From positions 1-61,933 of IMG/VR virus record IMGVR_UViG_3300007508_000433: 61,933 nt of DNA; one strand, 5' to 3'. Below are positions 1 to 8,814 of this stretch, one piece after another. A program made the translations under genes and the position numbers. This stretch comes from a virus (taxonomy: Duplodnaviria; Caudoviricetes). Positions within the stretch are counted from its first letter, which is position 1. Each line of letters opens with the position of its first letter. The notes under the pieces are model-generated. The model had not been told where the DNA came from. It ran no database searches and worked only from the letters and a program-made list of their open reading frames with translations.

Positions 1-606
1 TACGCCATGTGGGATGCCAGTGAAGAGAAGTTGATCCTTGAAGGGACCAACGGAGCCACCGTCTTGGACATCACTGACGGCAACGTGGTCATCGCAGACG
101 GCACTCTCACCGTTGGGTCGGATGGCGCTGGAGAGGACGTAGTTTTCTATTCAGCGACCGCGGGGGACAATCTCACATGGTCGTCCGCTTCGGAATGTCT
201 GACCATCACTGGCACCAATGGTCAAGACGCCTTAGCGGTGGCCGACGGCGACGTTTCGATCACCGACAAACTCACCGTCACCGGCCAGATTGTCACTCAT
301 CTGACTGTCGAAACCGAATCGGGTACGACCCACGCCCCGGCCCTTGGGGACGAGAACAAATACATTCTCACCACGCACGGCACCGGTATTACCGTCACGC
401 TGCCACAGGACTCTGCTCAGGCTTTTGCGATTGGTACGACTATCTACTATGAGCGCAACGGGGCGGGAACGCTTACCTTCGCGGCTGGCACCGGCGCGAC
501 CATAACGTCGAAAGACGACACCAAAACCTGTGCCGACAGGTACACGACCGTCGCTGCCGTCAAAATAGGCACCAATGCGTGGAGCCTGATCGGGAACATC
601 GGCTGA
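1..606 (+). CDS. Virion fibre/decoration-type structural protein, probably 5'-truncated by the window
   Basis: Frame open from base 1; T/G/D-rich beta repeats; C-terminal 'ITVTLP..FAIGT..GAGTLTF..GATI..W.LIG' motif typical of phage fibre proteins. Confidence 0.6.
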   Translation, partial: YAMWDASEEKLILEGTNGATVLDITDGNVVIADGTLTVGSDGAGEDVVFYSATAGDNLTWSSASECLTITGTNGQDALAVADGDVSITDKLTVTGQIVTHLTVETESGTTHAPALGDENKYILTTHGTGITVTLPQDSAQAFAIGTTIYYERNGAGTLTFAAGTGATITSKDDTKTCADRYTTVAAVKIGTNAWSLIGNIG

Positions 607-1808
607 TGTCCATGCTCCTTTCCGCAGTCGCCGGACAGGGCGGCGTCAAGGTCCCCGGCGCTCCGGGCACTCTCAGCCTGTCGGCGGGTAGCCCTGCCCA
701 TAGCGCCATCAACCTGTCATGGTCGGCACCGTCCGACACGGGCGGCGGGACGATCAGCGGCTACAAGACCCAGATCTCAACCAACGGATCGTCATGGTCC
801 GACGAGGTTGCCAACACCGGCTCGACCGCTACGACGTACAGCGACACCGGCCTGTCGGCCAGCACCACCTACTACTACCGGGTGGCGGCAATCAACGAGA
901 AGGGCGCTGGCGCCTACGGCAACGAGCCGAGCCTCGCCACTGGCGCAGACCCGGCAGTCGCTTGGTCGGCCACGGGTTCGTACACCAACGGGACCGACGG
1001 CTCCTACTCATGGGTCAGGTGGACGAGTAGCGGCACGTTCGTCATTACGTCGAACACGACCAGCAAGACGTTCGACCAGCACATCACCGCTGGCGGGGGC
1101 GGCGGTTGTGGCTATGACGGCGGCCACGGTGGAGGCGGCGGCGGCGGTTCCAAACAGTTCACCAGTCAGACGATGGCTAACGGCACACACACCATCACGA
1201 TTGGTGCCGGAGGTGCCGGTAGTAACAACGCCAACACCGGCACCGATGGCAGCGACTCTGTGTGTGGCAGTAACTCCACCGAAGGCGGGGGCGGGGGCGG
1301 TAGCGGTCCCGGTAATGACGGCGGTTCTGGTGGCGGCGGCGGCGACCAAGGCGGAGGCATCCAGTCCGGCGGCTCCGGTAATGCCGGTGAAGGCAACGAC
1401 GGCGGAAACGGACAGTCCGGGTACTACCCCATCGCGAACGGGGGCGGCGGTGGAGGCGGTGCTGGCGCTGCCGGTGGAACGGGTTCCTCCGCTGATGGCG
1501 GCATCGGGACCACGATGACGTACACCAGCAGCGACTACGAGGTCGCTGGCGGCGGCGGATCGGGTTACCGGGACTGGTGGGGCAATTGGTACACGAAGAA
1601 GGGCGGAGGCAGCGACGGGAACGGCACCGGTAACGACACGACGAACACTGCCAACCAAAAGTACGGCGCCGGAAACTTTGCCCAGACCACCAACCCGTAT
1701 GGCGGGACGAACACGGGCGGCGGTGGTGGCTGCCACGGCAGGTACAACACCAGCCTCTACGGCGGAACCGGTGGCTCCGGCGTGGTCGAACTGCGCTGGC
1801 TCACCTAG
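606..1808 (+). CDS. Fibronectin type III + glycine-rich domain virion protein
   Basis: TGATG overlap start; FN3 motifs (LSWSAPSDTGG..YKTQ..YSDTGL..YYYRVAAIN); glycine-rich block ending GGSGVVELRW. Confidence 0.8.
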   Translation: MSMLLSAVAGQGGVKVPGAPGTLSLSAGSPAHSAINLSWSAPSDTGGGTISGYKTQISTNGSSWSDEVANTGSTATTYSDTGLSASTTYYYRVAAINEKGAGAYGNEPSLATGADPAVAWSATGSYTNGTDGSYSWVRWTSSGTFVITSNTTSKTFDQHITAGGGGGCGYDGGHGGGGGGGSKQFTSQTMANGTHTITIGAGGAGSNNANTGTDGSDSVCGSNSTEGGGGGGSGPGNDGGSGGGGGDQGGGIQSGGSGNAGEGNDGGNGQSGYYPIANGGGGGGGAGAAGGTGSSADGGIGTTMTYTSSDYEVAGGGGSGYRDWWGNWYTKKGGGSDGNGTGNDTTNTANQKYGAGNFAQTTNPYGGTNTGGGGGCHGRYNTSLYGGTGGSGVVELRWLT

Positions 1809-1816
1809 GAGGACTC

Positions 1817-2335
1817 ATGGCGCACTTCGCAGAAATCGGTTCCGACAACATCGTCCTACGGGTTCTCGCTGTCCCAAACGACGAGGAACACCGTGGGCAG
1901 GAGTACCTAGCCGACGACCTCGGCCTCGGCGGCACATGGATTCAGACCTCGTACTGGACACATGGAGGCGTCCACTACGGCGAGGACGGAGAACCTGACG
2001 GCGGCAACCCGCTCCACTTGAACTTCGCAGGCATCGGTCACTCATGGGATGGCACGGGCTTCAAAGCCCCACAGCCCTACCCGTCGTGGGTTCTGAGTGA
2101 CGGCTACGAGTGGGAGCCGCCCACCCCCCGCACAAACGATGGCTACATCTGGGACGAGGACTCGACCTCATGGGTCAAGCCTGACAGTCCGTACCCGTCA
2201 TGGATCTGGAACGACGAGCATGGAATGTGGCAGCCGCCCCTTCCGTACCCCGGCGTGTTCACCGAAGACGGCCCGCAGACACCGTTCTACGAGTGGGACG
2301 AGGACACGACCTCATGGGTTGAGGTCGGAACTTGA
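1817..2335 (+). CDS. Conserved phage protein (MAHFAE family, Trp/Pro repeats), usual partner of glycine-rich fibre genes
   Basis: AGGAGG RBS; MAHFAEI..NIVLRV N-terminus; two PYPSW..WDE...SW repeats. Confidence 0.7.
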   Translation: MAHFAEIGSDNIVLRVLAVPNDEEHRGQEYLADDLGLGGTWIQTSYWTHGGVHYGEDGEPDGGNPLHLNFAGIGHSWDGTGFKAPQPYPSWVLSDGYEWEPPTPRTNDGYIWDEDSTSWVKPDSPYPSWIWNDEHGMWQPPLPYPGVFTEDGPQTPFYEWDEDTTSWVEVGT

Positions 2336-2358
2336 AGAATCTAAGGTAAGGAGCAACT

Positions 2359-2497
2359 ATGGCTACTGCATACCCCGCAACCGTTCCCGTCGTGGAGTTT
2401 GAATGAAGAAAGTATGTGGGAGGCTCCCGTCCCCAATCCAGAAGATGGCAGGGTATGGGATGAACCCTCGCAGTCGTGGGTGGAGCGGACTCCCTAG
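2359..2497 (+). pseudogene. Frameshifted/relic paralog of the C-terminal repeat of 1817..2335
   Basis: AAGGAG-ATG gives MATAYP; the +1 frame reads PQPFPSWSLNEESMWEAPVPNPEDGRVWDEPSQSWVERTP*, matching PQPYPSWVLSDGYEWEPPTPRTNDGYIWDEDSTSWV upstream. Confidence 0.65.
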
Positions 2498-2505
2498 GTG
2501 GTGCT

Positions 2506-3306
2506 ATGAAAAATATTATTCATGAAAAATTTGAGGGTGATTGGCTTAACGGTTGGACTGGTAAGGCCCATAATGCCTATACGACTTCGAGTTCTCATGA
2601 TGGACAAACTGGGTTGAGGATTCTTTTCCGGCAGGGTTCTCATTATGGAAGCGATTTAAGGAAGGATATTGATCCTACCCGCCACATTAAGATGGGGTAT
2701 TGGGTTAGGGTTGCTTCTAATTGGAACAGCAATTCGACTGGGAAGTTTGTGGGGTTTGCCGATTTACGCTGGAAGGATGATCAGGGCAGGTCTTATGCTC
2801 ATGGTAATCGCAAGCCGGTTGATAATGGTTTCTCGTTTCGTACATGGTTTGGTAAGACTAAGAACGGGGAGCTTCCTTTGGGTATGTATGTTTATCATGC
2901 CGGTCAGAAGAAGGCTTGGGGTGATTCTATAAAGGTGGGTTCTATTAAGGTTGGCCATCCGCACGCTTTTTTTCAGGTTGAAGCGGATTTGGATGCTGGT
3001 TTTGTCAAGTGCAGACTAGACAGCGGTGCATGGACGCAGCACGATATTTCTGTTGGTGATGAAACGGAGATTACTTTGGCTTGGTTGGATGGCTATTATG
3101 GCGGGTGGATGAAGTCTCCTTTCAATATGGCGATAGATATTGATTCATATAGATTGGATGACATGTCGGCTCCTGAGCCCCCGCCGGAACCGGTTGTTCC
3201 TGCAAGGCCTGATCCGATTGAGGATGTTAGAAACAATCCCGGCGATGAGTCGATTGCTAGCCGGTTGAGAAAGTTGGCGGATGAGGTTGAATCCCTAGAG
3301 CAATAG
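2506..3306 (+). CDS. Polysaccharide lyase (PL14-like)/beta-jelly-roll protein
   Basis: GKFVGF (cf. GKLPGL), FSFRTWF, MYVYH, YYGG and IDID motifs; Pro-rich linker. Confidence 0.5.
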   Translation: MKNIIHEKFEGDWLNGWTGKAHNAYTTSSSHDGQTGLRILFRQGSHYGSDLRKDIDPTRHIKMGYWVRVASNWNSNSTGKFVGFADLRWKDDQGRSYAHGNRKPVDNGFSFRTWFGKTKNGELPLGMYVYHAGQKKAWGDSIKVGSIKVGHPHAFFQVEADLDAGFVKCRLDSGAWTQHDISVGDETEITLAWLDGYYGGWMKSPFNMAIDIDSYRLDDMSAPEPPPEPVVPARPDPIEDVRNNPGDESIASRLRKLADEVESLEQ

Positions 3307-3339
3307 TGGTAGACTGTTCTATTGTAAGAAGGGATTCTG

Positions 3340-3672
3340 ATGGGCAGAGAGCTACCAACTGATTGCACCGATTGTGGCGGCGTTTTGTATTGGGGCGATT
3401 TTGGCCCGTTTAATGAGGGCATGCTGGGCACTATTTGTGTCTGTAACCCCAGATGGGTTAGTGTTAAAAGCAAGTTGCGGTTGCTAATTGAAATGTACAG
3501 GGATCACCATAGAGGGGTCGATATTTCTGAAAGGGATGAGGCCATCGAGGCGTTAGATTGGGTCATGAATGAGGTCTGGATGCTTCGTGCTGAGAATCGT
3601 GAGTTGCGTATTATGGGTTGGCTTCCTGTGAGAGATGTATCTGAAGAGATAGGAGATGATGGCTATGAGTGA
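3340..3672 (+). CDS. Hypothetical protein with Cys pairs
   Basis: ORF with CxxC..CxC; overlaps next gene. Confidence 0.55.
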   Translation: MGRELPTDCTDCGGVLYWGDFGPFNEGMLGTICVCNPRWVSVKSKLRLLIEMYRDHHRGVDISERDEAIEALDWVMNEVWMLRAENRELRIMGWLPVRDVSEEIGDDGYE

Positions 3673-3817
3673 TAATTTGAATCCTACGGCAGAGGAGATC
3701 TTTGCTGAGTTGAACAACACCCCCGAGGGTAAGGTTCAGTTGGAGCTGGCTGCTTTGCGTGTTCTTGTCGCTAAGCAGCAGTTGAAGTTGGCTGAGCAGG
3801 AAGAAGAGAATGAGTGA
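3665..3817 (+). CDS. Small hypothetical protein (50 aa)
   Basis: MSDNLNPTAEEIF...EEENE; coupled to both neighbours; below ORF-track cutoff. Confidence 0.6.
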   Translation: MSDNLNPTAEEIFAELNNTPEGKVQLELAALRVLVAKQQLKLAEQEEENE

Positions 3818-4521
3818 TGATTCCTGTCACTGGTTCTAATGTTGATCTAAGCTTGTTGCATCCTCGTTTTAAGTTGCGGTTGGATGCTTTTTTTGCTGAT
3901 GCTCGCATTAAGGGACGGGTTTCTGTGGTTTCTGCCTGCAGGACGTATGCTCAGCAGAAGTGGTTTTATGACCGCTATAAGTCTGGTAGGGGGAATCTTG
4001 CTGCTAATCCTGATTGGAATCGCCCGGATGGGTTTTTTAAGGGAAGTTTCCATCAGGTGCAAGATGATGGTTTTTGTTATGCTGTGGACTTTAGGCTTAT
4101 TGGTGGCGGGTTGAAGCAGTGGGAGGTCAGCAATATAGCCAAGTCTTATGGTCTTTATCCTACTGTTGAAAGCGAGTGGTGGCACCATCAGCCTAGAGAT
4201 GGCGACGATTGGTTTGATGCTCCTTTGGTGGTTGAGGACAAGTGTGCTACTCGTGAATATAAGGTTGATTGGGCGGGGGTTTTTGAGTACCTGAATGATC
4301 TTGAAAAACAGGTTAAAGAGTCACCGATTCGCATTAAGGAACGGTCAGACCGCGTGAAGTGCCTTCAGAGCCGTTTAGGGGCCGCTGGGCACGATGCTGG
4401 CATCCCTGATGGTATCTTTGGCCGGAAAACTCGGAAGGCCGTCAGATCGCTTCAGAGGGCGTCTGGGCTGAAATCTGATGGGGTGGTTGGTCCTAATACT
4501 TGGAAGGCGCTCTGGTTGTAG
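3817..4521 (+). CDS. Endolysin: M15-family peptidase + C-terminal peptidoglycan-binding domain
   Basis: RTYAQQ, SFH..AVD and EWWH zinc-peptidase motifs; DGIFGRKT..AV..LQ..DGVVGPNTW PG_binding_1 motif. Confidence 0.9.
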   Translation: MIPVTGSNVDLSLLHPRFKLRLDAFFADARIKGRVSVVSACRTYAQQKWFYDRYKSGRGNLAANPDWNRPDGFFKGSFHQVQDDGFCYAVDFRLIGGGLKQWEVSNIAKSYGLYPTVESEWWHHQPRDGDDWFDAPLVVEDKCATREYKVDWAGVFEYLNDLEKQVKESPIRIKERSDRVKCLQSRLGAAGHDAGIPDGIFGRKTRKAVRSLQRASGLKSDGVVGPNTWKALWL

Positions 4522-4632
4522 ATGGGTGGCCGGCATTCTCTTATTCAGAGAAAGCTATTTTTGTGGAGCATCATCCCAGCCACTGTCATTATTTGTCTCT
4601 GGATTTATGATCTTGTTACTGCTATCATGTAG
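4522..4632 (+). CDS. Small single-TM membrane peptide (36 aa), possible lysis accessory
   Basis: MGGRHSLIQRKLFLWSIIPATVIICLWIYDLVTAIM directly after the endolysin stop. Confidence 0.45.
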   Translation: MGGRHSLIQRKLFLWSIIPATVIICLWIYDLVTAIM

Positions 4633-4647
4633 GTGTGGGGTGATTTT

Positions 4648-5394
4648 ATGAGTGATGATGAATCCCTTTCTGATGAAGAAAGAAACGCTAATGTTGCTAA
4701 GGCTGAAGCTGAAGCTAAGAAGGCTGCTGCTGAGGCCGAGAAGGCTTTGGCTGAGGCTCGTAAAGCAAATGCTGAGGCGGATCAGGCTGAGTTGAGTGTT
4801 CGTTTAGAGCACATTGAGGTTGATCAGGCTGAGAATGCTGCTGATAATCGTGCTGCTGGTGATGAGTTTCACCATATTTACCGGTTTGTTGGCGGTGTTG
4901 ATGGTGGCAGTGTTGAGAGGTGTATGAAGAAGTTGACTCAATGGTCTCGCCTCGATCCGGGGTGTGATATTGAGGTCATATTTTATTCTCCGGGTGGCGC
5001 TGTAATCTCCGGGCTTGCATTGTTCGATTATATAAGGTCTCTTGCGAATCAAGGGCATCGTATAACAACAGGTGCTACTGGTATGGCTGCGAGTATGGGC
5101 AGCATCCTTGTTCAGGCCGGTGATCATAGATGGATGTCTGCTGAGGCTTGGTATATGATTCATAGGGCCGCTTTTGGTGCGGCAGGAAAAACTTTTGAGA
5201 TCGAAGATGAAGTTGAGTGGGTTAAGAGGATCGAGAGAAGAATTATCGCTATCTTTTGTGCTAATTCTAAGCTGACTCCTCAAAAGATTAAGAGGAACTG
5301 GCATCGTAAAGATTGGTGGTTGGATGCAGACGAGTGTCTTTCTATTGGGCTGGTCGATGAGATAAGAGGCGGGTTTAGTGAAGGTATGGATTGA
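4648..5394 (+). CDS. clpP: ClpP-family serine protease with N-terminal coiled coil
   Basis: FYSPGG, AASMGS (Ser), MIH (His), DWWLDADE (Asp). Confidence 0.85.
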   Translation: MSDDESLSDEERNANVAKAEAEAKKAAAEAEKALAEARKANAEADQAELSVRLEHIEVDQAENAADNRAAGDEFHHIYRFVGGVDGGSVERCMKKLTQWSRLDPGCDIEVIFYSPGGAVISGLALFDYIRSLANQGHRITTGATGMAASMGSILVQAGDHRWMSAEAWYMIHRAAFGAAGKTFEIEDEVEWVKRIERRIIAIFCANSKLTPQKIKRNWHRKDWWLDADECLSIGLVDEIRGGFSEGMD

Positions 5395-5644
5395 TCAGGA
5401 CTTATGTACCGGCGATGGACTGTGTGAGGAGATCTGTCCTGCTATATTTCAAATGCATGATGATGGCTTGGCTTATGTGAAGGAAGCACATTGGGATACG
5501 ATATTTGGTCCAAACTATCAAACAAGGCCGGTATATCGAATGGCTGATGGACTCGCCACAGTTCCTGACGGCGAGTTGGAGAATGCTATTGACGCTGCCG
5601 ACGAGTGCCCAGGGGAATGCATTTACCTTGAGGTAGACGGCTAG
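5378..5644 (+). CDS. Single-cluster ferredoxin, actinobacterial type
   Basis: MKVWIDQDLCTGDGLCEEICP ... ECPGECI (CxxDxxC..CP). Confidence 0.9.
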   Translation: MKVWIDQDLCTGDGLCEEICPAIFQMHDDGLAYVKEAHWDTIFGPNYQTRPVYRMADGLATVPDGELENAIDAADECPGECIYLEVDG

Positions 5645-5670
5645 CTCTGTTAGCTATTAGATGTCTGTAG

Positions 5671-5679
5671 TGGTATAAT
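5671..5679 (+). promoter_or_regulatory. Extended -10 promoter (TGnTATAAT) for head-tail genes
   Basis: TGGTATAAT 18 nt before ATG 5698. Confidence 0.6.
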
Positions 5680-5697
5680 CTTGTTAGAGGAAAGTCG

Positions 5698-6645
5698 ATG
5701 GATGACGTAAAGATTAATACCAGTAAGGTTGTAACGTTGTCGTTGGGTGCAGATCCAGACAGCAATACAGTCAACGCTACCTTGTACCACGAATTTGATG
5801 ACAGTAGTGTGGTGCAGGCTTCTACTGCGTGTACACGCACGGCTGCTGGTACTTATACTATTACGTATGGTGAATCTGCGACTAATTCCAACAATTACGT
5901 ATTGTCTCAAGGTGGGGTTCATAAAGTGGTTTTTTCATATTCTATTAGTTCAGTTGCGTATACAAGCGAGTCGTATATGAATGTTTACACTCCTTATATA
6001 ACATCAGCGCAGTTCTTTTCTAATAATTCTGATATGCAGGCAAACTACGGGGCCAAATTTGATGATCTGGAGAAGAAGGCCAGAAGGATCATTAACACGT
6101 TTTGCGGCCAGACTTTTGATTATTATGGAAGTAAGAGTTTCATTATTGATGGCACAGATAACCGTTATTTGAGGCTGCCTTATCCTATGGATACGTTGAC
6201 AACCGTTGTGGCTGATTCGGGGGATAGCGATGCTGAGACTATTCATGATAGTTCTGACTCTACATTGAGTAATTTAGAAAAGTTTAATTCTATGGGGAAT
6301 TTCGGCTCATCGTATTCGATCAGATTCAAGAATAAGGTTTCTGATACCAGGAAGAGCTACATTGCTAGGACCTATTCTAATAAGTTTAATAGTAAGTCTG
6401 ATTACAAGGTGACTGGCAGTTTTGGCTGGCGTTATGTCCCTAGCAACGTTTTAAATGCTGCGGAGTTGCTGATTCTGGACTTGATGAATGATGATGTGGA
6501 GTTTAGGCGTCATCGTGTTAACTATGTTGCTATGGACTCTACTCGGTATAGGTTTGATGGTGATTACTTTGGCTCTACTGGCAATGTAGACGCCGACATT
6601 CTTTTGATGGATTATACTTTATATGTAATGGATTATGTGGGGTGA
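5698..6645 (+). CDS. Head-to-tail adaptor
   Basis: ARRIINTFCGQTF, VTGSFGW..VP..V..AA and TGN..AD..L motifs; position. Confidence 0.7.
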   Translation: MDDVKINTSKVVTLSLGADPDSNTVNATLYHEFDDSSVVQASTACTRTAAGTYTITYGESATNSNNYVLSQGGVHKVVFSYSISSVAYTSESYMNVYTPYITSAQFFSNNSDMQANYGAKFDDLEKKARRIINTFCGQTFDYYGSKSFIIDGTDNRYLRLPYPMDTLTTVVADSGDSDAETIHDSSDSTLSNLEKFNSMGNFGSSYSIRFKNKVSDTRKSYIARTYSNKFNSKSDYKVTGSFGWRYVPSNVLNAAELLILDLMNDDVEFRRHRVNYVAMDSTRYRFDGDYFGSTGNVDADILLMDYTLYVMDYVG

Positions 6646-6650
6646 GCTAA

Positions 6651-7025
6651 GTGTCTTTTCAAACCTTTATGCGTTTCCCACACATGGTAGATGTGCATTT
6701 CTATAGCGAGTCTGAGAGTGCATCCGGGCAGGTTGTTCCTGACTACTATTTCAGTAGAACGATTAATGCTCATGTAGCGCCGGTGGGTACTGTAAGAAAG
6801 ACTGCCCCTTATGTGACTGAGAATGCTGAGTATGGTGTTCACATTCCTCGGCATTTTGAAGATAAGATTACTTATGATTCGAGGTTGTATAATATCCGTG
6901 ATAGTCATGGCAATGTTTTAGAGGCTGGTCCTTTGGAAATTGTGTCTATTGTAAAAAGGCCGGGGTATTCAGGTAGATTGAATCATCTTCATGTTAAAGC
7001 ACGTGTTGTTGTGGAGTCTAAGTAA
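6651..7025 (+). CDS. Head-to-tail stopper (putative)
   Basis: Size and synteny. Confidence 0.5.
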   Translation: MSFQTFMRFPHMVDVHFYSESESASGQVVPDYYFSRTINAHVAPVGTVRKTAPYVTENAEYGVHIPRHFEDKITYDSRLYNIRDSHGNVLEAGPLEIVSIVKRPGYSGRLNHLHVKARVVVESK

Positions 7026-7459
7026 TGGTAAAGATAGACATTAAGGGCGCTCATGCTCTGAAGAGTATGGCTAGGCGCCTCCAGGGGTCCAATATCATAG
7101 TGTATTCGGCTATAGCTGCTCACGGCGATTCTGCTGCTAAGAATGTTGAGAGTCTCATTCATGAGCATTTCCCTGAGCAGGCCAGTCATTTGTCTGTGAG
7201 CCATACTGTTGATTTAACAAGTTTACACCTTATAATTTCTGGTACAAGCCAGTATGGAGCCTATATTGTTTCTACTGCTAGCATGGATTTTGATGACAGT
7301 GGCGGCATGAGTGGCGAGATGAGTTATAATAATGTGTCTGATGGCGGTGTAAAGTCCGTTATTGATGGTATTCAGAAGATAGTGGCATCTGAGATGTCTA
7401 ATCTTGCTGAAGAGGTCTCAAAGTCCGTTACAGCGGAGGTGGCCGGTGCCAGACTATAG
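7025..7459 (+). CDS. Neck/tail completion protein (putative)
   Basis: Synteny; TAATG coupling. Confidence 0.45.
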   Translation: MVKIDIKGAHALKSMARRLQGSNIIVYSAIAAHGDSAAKNVESLIHEHFPEQASHLSVSHTVDLTSLHLIISGTSQYGAYIVSTASMDFDDSGGMSGEMSYNNVSDGGVKSVIDGIQKIVASEMSNLAEEVSKSVTAEVAGARL

Positions 7460-7904
7460 CGATCAGATAATTGCTTACGATTTTAACGATGAGCTTAAGC
7501 GAAACTATGGGATGAAGGAAATTGCCGGTAAGACTGTCAAGATCTTTCCTATGGTGGCTCCGAATGATCAAAAGCCCCCATTTATAGTATATTACTGGCT
7601 TCCGGGCCACATAGCGTCTAGCGCCTACCTTCTAAGGGAAGATACGTTGCGCTACGTTATTTACGATTCTGATGCAGATCGATGCTTCAGGATAAGTAAT
7701 AAAATTATTAGTATGTTTGATACAGGTGGCGGGCCAAGGGGTCCTGGGACCGATACTACTGTTACATCCACGGTTAATGTAAATAACACTACTAATCGAG
7801 TTCTGGGATCTAGGCTGATAGGGTCTAGGTCTAACCAACCTCTTGAAAAGGAGGGCTGGTACTCTGTCCAATTGGACTTTTCCGTCATGTATGTAGCGGG
7901 ATAG
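7446..7904 (+). CDS. Tail terminator (putative)
   Basis: IFPMVAP..PPFIVY motif; lies upstream of the major tail gene. Confidence 0.6.
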   Translation: MPDYSDQIIAYDFNDELKRNYGMKEIAGKTVKIFPMVAPNDQKPPFIVYYWLPGHIASSAYLLREDTLRYVIYDSDADRCFRISNKIISMFDTGGGPRGPGTDTTVTSTVNVNNTTNRVLGSRLIGSRSNQPLEKEGWYSVQLDFSVMYVAG

Positions 7905-7918
7905 TATTCGCAATAGAA

Positions 7919-8119
7919 ATGAAAATAAGGTATACTGCTATTACATATGTGGGAAAGGCCTCTGGCTTTACTGCCCGTATTGGCGGCACTCAGTATGAGT
8001 TTGAGTGGCAAAACGCTGTAGGGGTGGGGAGTCGTAAGGACGAAGTGCTCTTAGAGCACGCACAGAAAATAGCAAAATGGAGGGACAAGCGTGGTAAGCG
8101 CATGTTCATTCTTGAATAA
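7919..8119 (+). CDS. Hypothetical protein in tail module
   Basis: 66-aa ORF filling the gap. Confidence 0.55.
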   Translation: MKIRYTAITYVGKASGFTARIGGTQYEFEWQNAVGVGSRKDEVLLEHAQKIAKWRDKRGKRMFILE

Positions 8120-8134
8120 TTTAGGAGGAAAATA

Positions 8135-8734
8135 ATGGCAATTACAACTGCAAATATTGTCGTTGGTGAGGCTACCGTCGAGCTGGGCGAGTCGGGAACG
8201 GCTTTTAGTGCCCTAACTGACGTTGGTGCTACTATGGATGGCGTTGAGCTTTCATGGGAGCCGGACATGGTTGACGTAGAGGTTGATCAGTTTGGCGATG
8301 CCGCCAAGGTCATCCAGTCGAGGGTTAAGGTGATGGTCAAGACGACCCTTGCCGAAGCAACGCTTCAGAACCTTGCCCACGCATGGAACTATTCATCAAC
8401 GGTTGCCGCTACAGATAGCACAACTGCAGATATCGTAACCAACTTGGATACGGTTTCTGGTGCTTCTGCTACGCGGACATTTAAGTTTGGTATTGAGAAC
8501 GTTTACCCGTATGAGAAGGTACTTCAGATTACTGGTAACGCTCCCGGCACAACTGCTAACACTACGCTAAAGCGCATCTTCCAAACGAAGCGCGCTGTAT
8601 CGTATTCGGCAAGCTCTCATTCAATGAAGCGGGCTGAGGCTGTAGCGTTTCCGGTAGAATTTCGTATTCTGCCGAATAGCTCGGATACCAACTACGAGTA
8701 TGGCAAGATTATTGATGTAACAGCGAACAGCTAA
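8135..8734 (+). CDS. Major tail tube protein
   Basis: AGGAGG RBS; NIVVG, VGATMDGVEL, VDQ, TTLAEATL.NL, FPVEFRILP, YGKIID motifs. Confidence 0.85.
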   Translation: MAITTANIVVGEATVELGESGTAFSALTDVGATMDGVELSWEPDMVDVEVDQFGDAAKVIQSRVKVMVKTTLAEATLQNLAHAWNYSSTVAATDSTTADIVTNLDTVSGASATRTFKFGIENVYPYEKVLQITGNAPGTTANTTLKRIFQTKRAVSYSASSHSMKRAEAVAFPVEFRILPNSSDTNYEYGKIIDVTANS

Positions 8735-8752
8735 ACAATTTGGCGGTTCGGG

Positions 8753-8781
8753 TTGATATTCCTTGGAATATCTGATAGCAT
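8753..8781 (+). promoter_or_regulatory. Sigma-A-type promoter
   Basis: TTGATA-17 nt-TAGCAT with TGn; overlaps inverted repeat GATATTCC-TT-GGAATATC. Confidence 0.45.
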
Positions 8782-8814
8782 GATGTTATCACGAATGAAA
8801 GGTGTGAAAAGTAA

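Noticed and set aside
808-1518. Long alternative-frame ORFs over the glycine-rich gene
   Set aside because: Expected artefact of high-GC, stop-poor sequence
1817-2497. Diversity-generating retroelement TR/VR pair
   Set aside because: Similarity is at protein level, differences are not adenine-specific, and no reverse transcriptase is present in the window
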